Shown piece by piece: positions 25,725 through 35,726 of a stretch of DNA of 64,000 nt. The number at the start of each line of letters is the position of its first letter. Positions within the stretch are counted from its first letter, which is position 1. Both the position numbers and the translations under genes were made by a program. The notes below the pieces were generated by a model. The model did not search any database, had not been told where the DNA came from, and saw only the letters and a program-made list of their open reading frames with translations. This DNA is from a virus, in the IMG/VR virus record IMGVR_UViG_3300029319_009305, positions 32,001 to 96,000 of that record; one strand, given 5' to 3'.

Positions 25725-25948
25725 TTATGGCAACGAAAAAAAATTTAGAGAGTAAAGTAACAACATCTGTAAAAGATTTGGTGGATTTTATTAAAATGCA
25801 GGCTAAAAATAACATTGTTGAGCAAACAAGGGACTTAGGTGTAGAAAAAAACGATTTGCAAAAAATATGCCGAATTGTTGATATGAGCATAACAGCATCT
25901 TTTTTGCAAGGTATTGATAATGTTGTAAAACAAGTTACAAAAGACTGA
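25721..25948 (+). CDS. hypothetical protein
   Basis: AGGAG RBS; coupled to neighbours. Confidence 0.65.
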   Translation: MIMATKKNLESKVTTSVKDLVDFIKMQAKNNIVEQTRDLGVEKNDLQKICRIVDMSITASFLQGIDNVVKQVTKD

Positions 25949-26442
25949 TGAACCGTGAAAATTGGGATAAAATTGGAATAAAGCATTTGATAGAGTGTCA
26001 TTGTACTTTAAAAATATACAAAGGTAGCGAAAATCATTTGTATCATAAATTCCCAGTTTATTCAAAATTTGACAATCAAACAAATAAACTGATTGAAAAA
26101 ATAGTCCCATGTAATAATTGTCAAACTTTACACAAAGTTTATGATGTTTGTAAATCCGATATTGTTAAAAGTGGAAAGGATGAAAATAAGGCAGCAGTAA
26201 GCATTGAAGATATCTCTTTACAACTCCCCTATAAGATAAATAATGTTCTAGTAAAATATCAAAGTGATATATCTACTTGGGAACAAGTCTTAGATATTGT
26301 TGAGTGTGAGGCTTGGTCTTACAAAGTTGTCTTATCTCGAGAGTTAATAGAAGGTAAATACCACGTCAAAACTTTAGAAATATTAAGTGAAGATAAGATA
26401 AAAATAGAATCAAAAATAATTGAAGATGAAATAAAATTTTAG
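25948..26442 (+). CDS. hypothetical protein with putative Zn ligands
   Basis: CHC...H...CNNC...H...C. Confidence 0.7.
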   Translation: MNRENWDKIGIKHLIECHCTLKIYKGSENHLYHKFPVYSKFDNQTNKLIEKIVPCNNCQTLHKVYDVCKSDIVKSGKDENKAAVSIEDISLQLPYKINNVLVKYQSDISTWEQVLDIVECEAWSYKVVLSRELIEGKYHVKTLEILSEDKIKIESKIIEDEIKF

Positions 26443-26452
26443 GAGGAGCGTA

Positions 26453-26734
26453 ATGCCAGAAAAAATTGGAGAAACAGAAGCTGAATTAGAAGCATCACAA
26501 TTAGTAGAGTGCAGACAAATAGTTAGAAACGTAATTAATTTTGGTGTCACAGAAAAACAAAAAATTCATTTAATTTATCTTCTATCCTTAGAATTAGAAT
26601 CTAGAGATGCAATGAATATTATTGTAGATTCTGTTAAAAAAATAAAAAATCTTGACGAAGATATTAAATTTAGTTTAACACAGCAAGAAAATGATTATAA
26701 TAATAATCAAAAGCCAAAGCTTTTGGAAATATAA
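26453..26734 (+). CDS. hypothetical protein
   Basis: AGGAGG RBS, 93 aa. Confidence 0.7.
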   Translation: MPEKIGETEAELEASQLVECRQIVRNVINFGVTEKQKIHLIYLLSLELESRDAMNIIVDSVKKIKNLDEDIKFSLTQQENDYNNNQKPKLLEI

Positions 26735-26755
26735 AAATAACTTAATGGAGGAAGC

Positions 26756-26953
26756 ATGTCCAGTCGACAAACAGATTTATTAACAAAATGGGAAGAACTT
26801 AAAGTTCTAATTGAGTCTCTTGAACAAGATATTCATAAAAACGTTAGCGGTAATAAGTCAGCAGGTGTTAGAGCTAGAAAAGGTCTTAGACTAGTGAAGA
26901 CAAACGCCAGTGAAATTGTTAAAGTTTCGCTAGCTGCAGACAAAGAAAGCTAA
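26756..26953 (+). CDS. histone H1-like Hc1 family protein (N-terminal domain only)
   Basis: GNKSAGVRARK signature; GGAGG RBS. Confidence 0.75.
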   Translation: MSSRQTDLLTKWEELKVLIESLEQDIHKNVSGNKSAGVRARKGLRLVKTNASEIVKVSLAADKES

Positions 26954-26974
26954 AAAATTATTTTTATTTATTTT

Positions 26975-27208
26975 TTAAGAGAGTACATTTTGTACTCTTT
27001 TTTTTATCTTTTTTATGATGTTCTTTTCTATTTGACAAACTCTCATTCGTGTTATGCTGTATAACTCCCCTATGTCTTGTAAAGTTTTAGGTCCATTATT
27101 AGCACAATTAATAACACAATTTTGATTATCTTTAATTTTTAACCAATATCTGCATGATTTTTTGTTACATAATTTATCATTATTGGCATAGTATTCGTAG
27201 CACTTCAT
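26975..27208 (-). CDS. stand-alone sigma-70 region 4 protein with Cys-rich N-terminus
   Basis: TLQDIGELYSITRMRVCQIEK matches the region 4.2 pattern TLxEIG...TRERVRQIE; five Cys upstream. Confidence 0.75.
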   Translation of the reverse strand: MKCYEYYANNDKLCNKKSCRYWLKIKDNQNCVINCANNGPKTLQDIGELYSITRMRVCQIEKNIIKKIKKRVQNVLS

Positions 27209-27284
27209 AATTATTAACGTCTCCATTTCAACTAATTAATGTTTATTATAACGAGACAATCTAAAATTAACAATTGGAGTTAAA

Positions 27285-28598
27285 GTGAGAAAATTATTTA
27301 TTGTTGACACGTCTGTTCTTTTGTACGATAAGAGCTCAATACATTCATTCCCAGAAATTGATATTGTAGTGCCATTAGTTGCCTTAGATGAACTTGATAG
27401 GTTTAAAGAAAAAAAAGGTGTGACAGGAGAATCTGCACGATATGTCAATAGATTTTTAGATGAATTAAGAAAACTTGGTAGTTTACATGAAGGGGTAGAA
27501 TTAGAAAACGGTCAAACAATCAGAGTTGCTTTAGAAGGTTACAATAGTGTTCCTGAAGGCTTAAATGGTGATGATGCAGATAACAAAATGATATCGTTAG
27601 CTTTGGTGCTATCTAAAAGCCAAGAACAACCAATTACCTTGATCACAAAAGATATTAACTTCAGAGTTAAGTGTGATGCTTTAGGGATTAATTCTGAAGA
27701 CTACTACAAGGACAAAGTAATTGATTTTGAAGATGAATCGTACAAAGGCTTTGTTGAGTTAAAAATAGATCCTGAACATGATCACTTGATTGATTCTTTC
27801 TACGACGACGAGGATATTCTAGAAGATTTTGAAGATTTACTTGGGCGCAAACTTTTTCCTAATGAGTTCTTGACTGTAAAGTCTGGTAAAAGTAGATCTA
27901 TGATTGCTTGTAAGAGAAATAATAGATTAAGCAAGGTCAAAGAGACTGGTCAACTTGAAGATTTTATGGGCATTAAACCTAGAAATAGAGAGCAGCTATT
28001 TGCTTTAGACTTGCTTACAAATGATGATGTACCTTTAATATCATTGACAGGAATAGCAGGATCAGGAAAGACTTTTCTTACACTTATGGCAGGTTTAGAT
28101 GGTTTAAATAAGAAAAGGTATAAAAGAATTGTAATAACTAGAAATATTCAACCTGTTGGTAGAGATATTGGGTTTTTACCAGGAGATGCAAATGAAAAAA
28201 TGCTACCTTGGATTGCACCAATTATGGATAATTTCAGGCAAGGCACTAAAGACGAAGACATGTCTTATTTTGAAATTATGAGAAAAACAGGAAAGATCGA
28301 AATAGCACCGCTAGCTTTTATGCGAGGAAGAACATTCTCAGACACATTTCTAATAATTGATGAGTCACAGAATAGCACTATTCATGAGTTAAAGACAGTT
28401 ATAACAAGAATTGGTGAGAATTCAAAAATTGTTCTATTAGGAGATACAGATCAAATTGATACTCCCTATATAGACTCGCTGTCGAATGGTTTAACAATAG
28501 TAGGAGAGAAATTTAAAAATCAAGAAATGGCTGGGCACATACAGCTTCAAAAAGGTGAAAGATCACCTCTATCTTTTTTGGCTTCTAAAATTTTATAA
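27285..28598 (+). CDS. phoH: PIN-PhoH (PhoH2/YlaK-like) protein
   Basis: PIN VDTSVLL...DELD...ADN...TKD; GIAGSGKT, IGFLPG, RGRTF, DESQN, GDTDQID. Confidence 0.92.
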   Translation: MRKLFIVDTSVLLYDKSSIHSFPEIDIVVPLVALDELDRFKEKKGVTGESARYVNRFLDELRKLGSLHEGVELENGQTIRVALEGYNSVPEGLNGDDADNKMISLALVLSKSQEQPITLITKDINFRVKCDALGINSEDYYKDKVIDFEDESYKGFVELKIDPEHDHLIDSFYDDEDILEDFEDLLGRKLFPNEFLTVKSGKSRSMIACKRNNRLSKVKETGQLEDFMGIKPRNREQLFALDLLTNDDVPLISLTGIAGSGKTFLTLMAGLDGLNKKRYKRIVITRNIQPVGRDIGFLPGDANEKMLPWIAPIMDNFRQGTKDEDMSYFEIMRKTGKIEIAPLAFMRGRTFSDTFLIIDESQNSTIHELKTVITRIGENSKIVLLGDTDQIDTPYIDSLSNGLTIVGEKFKNQEMAGHIQLQKGERSPLSFLASKIL

Positions 28599-28654
28599 TT
28601 AATTTAGTTTTATATAACACCTTTATTGGGTATAATCACTCAAGAGAGGTATTT

Positions 28655-30601
28655 ATGTTTGGTCAAGATATATTTGGAACTAATTTAATCAATGAGAGAA
28701 ATCTAAAAGAAGAAATAAAAGATTGTGATGTCGTATTTGTTTCTGACTTGTACATTGATGATTATGTAGGTGGTGCAGAATTAACCACAGAAGTTTTGTA
28801 TCAATATTCAAATCACACTTTTGTGAATAAAAAAGTTTGCAAGATAAAATCAGATCAAGTCAACAAAGAATTGATTGAGGCTGGATTACTAAAGAAGTGG
28901 GTTTTCTTTAATTATGCTGCCATGAGTATGAATTTAATCCCTATTATTGTTGCAAATCTGAATTATTCAATAGTTGAATATGATTACAAATTTTGCAAGT
29001 ATCGATCAACCGAAAAACATCTTTCTATTGAGTCAAAAGAATGTGATTGCCATAATCAGCAACAAGGAAAGATTGTGTCTGCTTTCATGTATGGTGCAGA
29101 ATTTTTATTTTGGATGTCTGAAGAACAAAAGAATTTCTATTTTAAACTTTTTCCTTTTTTGAGTAGCAAGGACAATACTGTTGTAACCTCTGCATTTACA
29201 AGGGCTACATTAGTACAACTTAAAGAATTAAGGTCTAATTCAAAAGAGCGAAAACAAAAAGCTATAATCATAGGTTCTAATTCATGGATTAAAGGTGTTG
29301 AAGACTCTGTAGAATACTGTAAAAAAGAATTATCAGTTGATTATGATATTGTTTCTAACTTAAGACATTCTGATTTATTGAAAAAATTAAGTGAATATGA
29401 ACATTTTGTTTTCATGCCGAAAGGAAAGGACACATGCCCGAGAATAGTAATTGAAGCTAAACTCGCAGGTTGCAAAATCCACATTAACGATAACGTACAA
29501 CATAAGGAAGAAGATTGGTGGAACAAAGATTTAGATTCTATTGATAAATTCTTAAGAAATGGTCCACAAGAAAAATTTTGGGGAAAATTAAATGGTTATT
29601 TTGTCAGATCAGAAAAAGTTAGTGGTTATACAACAACCCGTGATTGTATTGATCAAAAATACCCATTCAGACAGTGCATAGAATCAATGCTTGGATTTTG
29701 TGATCAAGTAGTCGTTGTAGATGGAGGATCCACAGATGGAACATGGGAGGCTTTGAAAGAAATTGCTCAAAAAGATGATAGGGTTTTAGTTGAGCAAAGA
29801 ATCAGAGATTGGGATCATCCAAGATTTGCTGTGTTTGATGGTTTACAAAAAGCATATGCAAGAAGCTTGTGTACGGGTAAGTGGTGTTGGCAGATGGATA
29901 GTGACGAAATAGTTCACGAAAAGGATTACACAAAAGTTAAAAACCTTTTGAGAGATATTCCAAAGTCAATTCACTTATTAGCTTTACCTGTTGTTGAATA
30001 TTGGGGTGGTCCTGAGAAAGTAAGGGTTGATGTAAATCCCTGGAAGTGGCGCCTTAGTAGAAATTTAAAGCATATAACACACGGTATTCCTGCTCAATTA
30101 AGAAAAAATGATGATGAAGGAAACCTCTATTCTTTACCAGGATCAGATGGGTGCGATTATATTGATAAAGACTCGTACCAGACAATTCCATGTATGCATT
30201 TTTATGATCAAAATATTCATGATATAAGAATATCAGCATTAAAGGGAGATCAAAAAGCAGTTGAAGCTTATGAAAACTGGTTCAATAACTTAATAGAAAA
30301 TTTACCAGGAGTACATCATTATAGTTGGTTTGATCTGGAAAGAAAAATACACACTTATAAGAACTATTGGTCAAAGCACTGGCAGAGCCTTTATAATGTT
30401 GAGCAAGAAGATACACCAGAAAATAATATGTTTTTTGATAAGTCTTGGAAAGATGTAACAGACGATGAAATTAAAGATTTATCAAAGAAACTAAAAGAAG
30501 AAATGGGTGGATGGATATTCCATAATAAGGTTGACTTTAATCAAGGAACGCCTTATATCCTTATTGAAAGAGGCGAGCCTGAAAATATGAGAGATAAATG
30601 A
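28655..30601 (+). CDS. two-domain glycosyltransferase (GT-B-like + GT2)
   Basis: GGAELT...DTCPRIVIEAKLAG (GT-B); VVVDGGSTDGT, QMDSDE (GT-A). Confidence 0.85.
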   Translation: MFGQDIFGTNLINERNLKEEIKDCDVVFVSDLYIDDYVGGAELTTEVLYQYSNHTFVNKKVCKIKSDQVNKELIEAGLLKKWVFFNYAAMSMNLIPIIVANLNYSIVEYDYKFCKYRSTEKHLSIESKECDCHNQQQGKIVSAFMYGAEFLFWMSEEQKNFYFKLFPFLSSKDNTVVTSAFTRATLVQLKELRSNSKERKQKAIIIGSNSWIKGVEDSVEYCKKELSVDYDIVSNLRHSDLLKKLSEYEHFVFMPKGKDTCPRIVIEAKLAGCKIHINDNVQHKEEDWWNKDLDSIDKFLRNGPQEKFWGKLNGYFVRSEKVSGYTTTRDCIDQKYPFRQCIESMLGFCDQVVVVDGGSTDGTWEALKEIAQKDDRVLVEQRIRDWDHPRFAVFDGLQKAYARSLCTGKWCWQMDSDEIVHEKDYTKVKNLLRDIPKSIHLLALPVVEYWGGPEKVRVDVNPWKWRLSRNLKHITHGIPAQLRKNDDEGNLYSLPGSDGCDYIDKDSYQTIPCMHFYDQNIHDIRISALKGDQKAVEAYENWFNNLIENLPGVHHYSWFDLERKIHTYKNYWSKHWQSLYNVEQEDTPENNMFFDKSWKDVTDDEIKDLSKKLKEEMGGWIFHNKVDFNQGTPYILIERGEPENMRDK

Positions 30602-31341
30602 AAGAAACTAAATTTGTATTTCTAACGCCTGCTTATAATTGTGAAAATACAATTAGCCAAACTTTATTTTCTATGTTCGCACAATCATATTGTAACTGGA
30701 GAGCAATTATAATCGATGATGTTTCGGATGATGGCACTAGTAAACAAATTCAAAGAATCATAGATAATTACCAGTTTTCAGATAAGATCAAGTTGAAAAG
30801 AAGGGAAGAGAAGTTTGGTGAAGTTAGAAATACTGTAGAAGAGGTATTCAACCATATAGACGATGATGAAGTTGTAGTTCGACTAGATGCAGGTGACTGG
30901 TTAACAGAAAATGATTGTCTTTATATGTTGAATGAGATTTATAAAAATCACAATCCTGCTGTTTGTTGGACCGGGCAACGTTGGGCTTATACAAACTATG
31001 GAATATCAAAAAAAATGAATCTACAGCCAAATCAGAGCGTTTATGAACATCCCTGGGTTTCTAGTCACCTTAAAACTTTTAGGGCTAAAGCTTTAAAAAA
31101 GGTAAGTAAGGGTAATTTCTTTGATGATGATGGAAACTGGATAATGATTGCTTGTGACCAGGCAGTTTTCTTACCAATGATGCATTTAGCTGTAAAAGAA
31201 AAATTACCGCTTGTATTTTTCCCGCATGTGTGTTATCATTACAACATAGACTTAGAAAAACCAGATCTATTTACAGAAGATCGATCAATACGCCAAAAAT
31301 ATTCAGCTGAATGGATTAGGAGTAGAGGATATGTTGAGTGA
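30598..31341 (+). CDS. GT2 glycosyltransferase
   Basis: PAYN, IIDDVSDD, RLDAGD. Confidence 0.88.
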   Translation: MKETKFVFLTPAYNCENTISQTLFSMFAQSYCNWRAIIIDDVSDDGTSKQIQRIIDNYQFSDKIKLKRREEKFGEVRNTVEEVFNHIDDDEVVVRLDAGDWLTENDCLYMLNEIYKNHNPAVCWTGQRWAYTNYGISKKMNLQPNQSVYEHPWVSSHLKTFRAKALKKVSKGNFFDDDGNWIMIACDQAVFLPMMHLAVKEKLPLVFFPHVCYHYNIDLEKPDLFTEDRSIRQKYSAEWIRSRGYVE

Positions 31342-32249
31342 AAGTATACACCCACAATTTTAACCCAGCTTCAAATAGCGGTCCAAATAAATTTACCAGA
31401 ACTTTATTCAATCAATTAATCAAAGATGAGAAAGTAACTTTATGTAGCCAAGAATTGGCCGACGTTGAATTCTGTTTAATTCAACAACAGGTACATAAGG
31501 TTAAACCTATGGTTTTGCGTTTAGATGGTATATGGTTTAATTCTGATCAAGATTACAACAAACAGAATGAACCAATTAAATTTTCTTATGAAAATGCTGA
31601 TGCTGTTATTTTTCAGTCAGAATTTAATAAAAAATTAACTGAAAAATGGTTTGGGAAACATCATAATTCTCACGTAATACATAATGCTGCTGATTTAGAA
31701 TTAATAAGATCAGCAAATGCAAGATTTTGGGATACTAAGTTTGGAAAAAATACAGAAGTTTGGTCGTGTGCGTCATCTTGGAGACCACATAAAAGATTGA
31801 ATGATAATATTAGATACTTTTTAGAATTTGCGCCTAAAGATGCTATTTTTGCAATTGCTGGTGCACTTGGCATGGATGATGCTAAAAAAATACCTAATGA
31901 TAAGCGAATAGTTTTAATGGGTGACTTAGACTATATGAGTTTACTTTCACTGTATAAACGATCATCAACATTTGTACACTTAGCATATCTTGATCATTGT
32001 CCGAACGTAGTTGTTGATGCACAAGCAGCAGGTTGCAAGATAATTTGTAGCATGTCAGGCGGTACGAATGAAGTGGTTAGCGATGGAATTGTAATTTACG
32101 AGAAAACTTGGGATTTTAGCCCCACAAGATTATATTATCCTCCTCCAATGGAATGGATTAAAATAGAAAAGAAAATAAATTATGAAGAAAAGTCGACAAT
32201 TGTAAATTGCGCAGAGAAATATTTTAATGTGATGAAGGAGATAGCTTGA
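31338..32249 (+). CDS. GT4-like glycosyltransferase
   Basis: IFQSEF, IHNA, HKR, DHCPNVVVDAQAAG. Confidence 0.85.
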   Translation: MKVYTHNFNPASNSGPNKFTRTLFNQLIKDEKVTLCSQELADVEFCLIQQQVHKVKPMVLRLDGIWFNSDQDYNKQNEPIKFSYENADAVIFQSEFNKKLTEKWFGKHHNSHVIHNAADLELIRSANARFWDTKFGKNTEVWSCASSWRPHKRLNDNIRYFLEFAPKDAIFAIAGALGMDDAKKIPNDKRIVLMGDLDYMSLLSLYKRSSTFVHLAYLDHCPNVVVDAQAAGCKIICSMSGGTNEVVSDGIVIYEKTWDFSPTRLYYPPPMEWIKIEKKINYEEKSTIVNCAEKYFNVMKEIA

Positions 32250-33166
32250 AAGTTTTTGTTTTAGCTCCCCAAGAGGACTGGATATGTGACAGACTTGTGG
32301 GAGAATGGTACGAATATTTTCCTGAATATTCAACAAGAAATGCTTACGAAGCTGACATCATCTGGTTGCTAGCAGGATGGTGTTGGAACCATATTCCGGT
32401 TGAGTTACTCAGAAATAAAAAAATAATAGTGACAGAACATCATATAGTACCGGAAAAATTTGACAATCAAAAATATGAAAATTTTAAAATGAGAGATCAA
32501 TTTGTTGATTGCTATCACGTGCCTAATGAAAAAACAAAAAGTTTGTTACAACAAATAACAGACAAAAGAATAGAAGTTATATCTTATTGGTATAATGAAA
32601 AATTATGGCAACCTACAGATTCAAAAAAAGCAAAAAGTTATTTAGGTTTATCTGAAGAAAAATATTACGTAGGATCTTTTCAACGAGATACAGAAGGCTC
32701 AGATTTAAAGACACCAAAATTAGAAAAAGGGCCCGATATTTTTTGTGATTATCTAATTAGGAATAGAAATAAATTAAATAATCTTCATGTCCTATTGGGC
32801 GGCTGGCGTAGACAATATGTTGAAAATAGATTAAAAGAAGCAGGAATAGAATACACGCTTTTTGAAAAAACTAATATTGAAAAAATTAAAATGTTATATT
32901 CGGCGTGTGATTTATATATTGTTAGCTCTAGGTATGAGGGAGGTCCTCAAGCAATCATTGAAGCTGCAGCAATGAAAGTGCCTATAATATCTACAGATGT
33001 AGGAATAGCAAATACAGTCCTTAATAAGAATTGTATTGTTGATATAAGTAAAGATTTTTATACACCTAATGAAAAGGATGTAGAATTTGCTTACGAAAAA
33101 GTTTTAAAATTAAACTTAAAAGAGCATGGAAAAAAATTCATTAAATTTTTCATGGAGGTAAAATGA
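32246..33166 (+). CDS. GT4 glycosyltransferase
   Basis: EKGPD, SSRYEGGPQAIIEAAA, STDVG. Confidence 0.88.
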   Translation: MKVFVLAPQEDWICDRLVGEWYEYFPEYSTRNAYEADIIWLLAGWCWNHIPVELLRNKKIIVTEHHIVPEKFDNQKYENFKMRDQFVDCYHVPNEKTKSLLQQITDKRIEVISYWYNEKLWQPTDSKKAKSYLGLSEEKYYVGSFQRDTEGSDLKTPKLEKGPDIFCDYLIRNRNKLNNLHVLLGGWRRQYVENRLKEAGIEYTLFEKTNIEKIKMLYSACDLYIVSSRYEGGPQAIIEAAAMKVPIISTDVGIANTVLNKNCIVDISKDFYTPNEKDVEFAYEKVLKLNLKEHGKKFIKFFMEVK

Positions 33167-34134
33167 AAACAAGAAAACGTGCGCTAATTACTGGAATTAA
33201 TGGAATGGACGGTTCACACTTAGCTGATTTTTTGCTTGAAAAGGACTATGAAGTGTTTGGCGTTGAAAGAAGATCTTCTGTTAAAAACAGAAAAAATACA
33301 AAACACCTTGAGGGTAAAATAACTTTTCTAACAGGCGACTTAACAGATCAAAATTCATTGTTTAGATGCTTAAAAAATAGCAACCCCCACGAAGTATATA
33401 ATTTAGCTGCCCAATCTTTTGTAGGAGAAAGTTGGAATACTCCTGAACAAACATCAGACGTGACAGGATTAGGTGCACTAAGAATGCTTGAAGCAATTAG
33501 AGAATACGGTAGAAGATTAAAGTTTTATCAAGCAAGCACTTCAGAACTTTACGGAAGAATGGTTGAAAACCCTGCAAAGGAAACGACTCCATTTTACCCT
33601 AGAAGTCCGTATGGAGTCGCTAAACTATATGCACACTGGATAACCAAAAATTATAGAGAATCATATGACATGTTTAACGTATCAGGTATACTTTTTAATC
33701 ATGAATCAGAAAGAAGAGGTCTTGAATTTGTTACTAGAAAAATTAGTAATGGAGTTGCCAAAATAAGTCTAGGGTTGAGCGATCATATTTCATTAGGTAA
33801 TTTAGATTCTAAGCGGGACTGGGGATATGCACCTGATTATGTAGAAGCTATGTGGTTGATGATGCAACAGGATGAACCAGATGATTTCGTAATAGCAACA
33901 GGTGAAGCTTATTCAATTAGAGACTTTTTAGATGTTGCTTTCGATTGTGTAGGTATTAATAATTGGAATGAATACGTTCGTCAAGATCCACGTTACATGA
34001 GACCAGCTGAGGTTGATGTTTTAAGGGGTGATTACTCTAAAGCTAAGAAAAAGTTAGGTTGGGAGCCTAGAACTGATTTCAAAACATTAGTCAGTAACAT
34101 GGTAAAAAGTGATATAAATTTTTTAAAGGAGTAA
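33163..34134 (+). CDS. gmd: GDP-mannose 4,6-dehydratase
   Basis: ALITGING, YNLAAQSFV, YQASTSE, SPYGVAK, LFNHES, FVTRKI, RDWG, RPAEV. Confidence 0.93.
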   Translation: MKTRKRALITGINGMDGSHLADFLLEKDYEVFGVERRSSVKNRKNTKHLEGKITFLTGDLTDQNSLFRCLKNSNPHEVYNLAAQSFVGESWNTPEQTSDVTGLGALRMLEAIREYGRRLKFYQASTSELYGRMVENPAKETTPFYPRSPYGVAKLYAHWITKNYRESYDMFNVSGILFNHESERRGLEFVTRKISNGVAKISLGLSDHISLGNLDSKRDWGYAPDYVEAMWLMMQQDEPDDFVIATGEAYSIRDFLDVAFDCVGINNWNEYVRQDPRYMRPAEVDVLRGDYSKAKKKLGWEPRTDFKTLVSNMVKSDINFLKE

Positions 34135-34136
34135 TT

Positions 34137-34994
34137 ATGAGTAATTTATATAAGTTTGAATGGCACACGCATCTGTGTGAATATTACGGGGTAACTCCTG
34201 AGGATGCTTTAAAACTAGGAACGAGAAAGACTGGCAGGCGCCCTAGCTTACCTGGTTCGGAAACATGTCAACCTGTTGAAGGTAAAAATCTCGAAGAAAT
34301 ATGGGAAATGAAAGAACGAACAGACCTAAAAGATGTTTTTGATTTCTACAAAGATCAAGGAGCTTGGAGTTCATTTAGACAATGTGTTAGACACAAGGAT
34401 TTAGAACAGTATCACTTAAACATGTTAGGGGTTTTAAGACAGTTAAAAGTTTTGAAAGAAGGAACTCATATTTGTGAGTATGGTTGCGGTGTTGCTCCTT
34501 ATGTTACTTCTCTTTTGAAATATTTAGATCCATCAACAGAGGTGAAATTAAAACTAACAATGGCAGACGTTGATTGTGATCATTTTAATTTTGCAAAATT
34601 TAGACTCAATGACATCAAAGAAAAAAGAGGTTTTACAAATGTTGATATGAACTTTGAAACAATAACACCAGAAAAATTACCTAGTTTCAACAATGAAAAT
34701 CTAGATGTCGTTATTTGTTTTGAAGTTTTAGAGCATACACCCAGCCCCGTGGATGTTATTAATAATATCAAAGATAATATGGCACCAGGAGGTGTATACA
34801 TAGAAAACTTCATAAAGCATCCACCTCCACCAGAAGATGATACTGGTGGCCCGGATTTAGAATCTGCTAGACTAGAAAGAACTGCATATTACGAAATACT
34901 TGAAGAATACTTTAATTTAGTTTCTTCTAGGGGGATAGCAGATCCTCACAATCATCCTAACGAAACAAGAGTTTGGCAGAGAAACTCTCTCTAA
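34137..34994 (+). CDS. class I SAM-dependent methyltransferase
   Basis: EYGCGVA; VICFEVLEH; PGG. Confidence 0.82.
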   Translation: MSNLYKFEWHTHLCEYYGVTPEDALKLGTRKTGRRPSLPGSETCQPVEGKNLEEIWEMKERTDLKDVFDFYKDQGAWSSFRQCVRHKDLEQYHLNMLGVLRQLKVLKEGTHICEYGCGVAPYVTSLLKYLDPSTEVKLKLTMADVDCDHFNFAKFRLNDIKEKRGFTNVDMNFETITPEKLPSFNNENLDVVICFEVLEHTPSPVDVINNIKDNMAPGGVYIENFIKHPPPPEDDTGGPDLESARLERTAYYEILEEYFNLVSSRGIADPHNHPNETRVWQRNSL

Positions 34995-35007
34995 GGCAGG
35001 TAGATCA

Positions 35008-35712
35008 ATGAGAAAAATATTTATTAAAGAAAAATTGAAAGAAATGAACGTCCAATTGGAAGACATTGTAATGGGAGATTTTGATGTCATTGGTGAATAT
35101 ACGGCAAAAAAGCCTAGATCACCTGATTCTGACTATTACAAAAAGTACGGATGCTTTTTTAGGCCCAACTATGAAAGAGGAATATTGATGTATTACCTTA
35201 TCAGGAAAAATGAGGTAAATTCTGTTTTAGAGATTGGTTTCGGAAGAGGGTATTCTGCGTTTTGCATGGCAAAAGCAATGTGCGATCATGGGATAGATGG
35301 TAAGATTACAACTGTTGACCCTAGTTTAGATAAAAATTTTCTGGAACAGCTTACGAGAGTTTTTCCTAAAATATGGTTTGACAAAATTGAATTTATGGGT
35401 TGCACATCTGATACGTATTTTGAAAAAAATCCGGATAAAAAATTTGATTTAATATACATAGACGGAGATCATACTTACAACGCAGTCAAAAAAGATTGGG
35501 AAAACTCTAGAGAAAGGTACAATAAATTTCTACTATTTGACGATTATCATTTACCTACAAAGCAACAACCAGAAATAGAATGCTCTAAAGTAATTGATAA
35601 GATTGATGATAAAAGCAAAGAACTTATAATCTTAGATAGAAGAATGTTCTATGATGATCTTTTAAGAAAAGACGAAGATATTGATTATGGTCAGGTTTTG
35701 TTAACGAAATAG
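35008..35712 (+). CDS. class I SAM methyltransferase (Methyltransf_24-like)
   Basis: LEIGFGRGYS; FDLIYIDGDHTY; FDD. Confidence 0.85.
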   Translation: MRKIFIKEKLKEMNVQLEDIVMGDFDVIGEYTAKKPRSPDSDYYKKYGCFFRPNYERGILMYYLIRKNEVNSVLEIGFGRGYSAFCMAKAMCDHGIDGKITTVDPSLDKNFLEQLTRVFPKIWFDKIEFMGCTSDTYFEKNPDKKFDLIYIDGDHTYNAVKKDWENSRERYNKFLLFDDYHLPTKQQPEIECSKVIDKIDDKSKELIILDRRMFYDDLLRKDEDIDYGQVLLTK

Positions 35713-35726
35713 ATGAGGGTTGCGAA

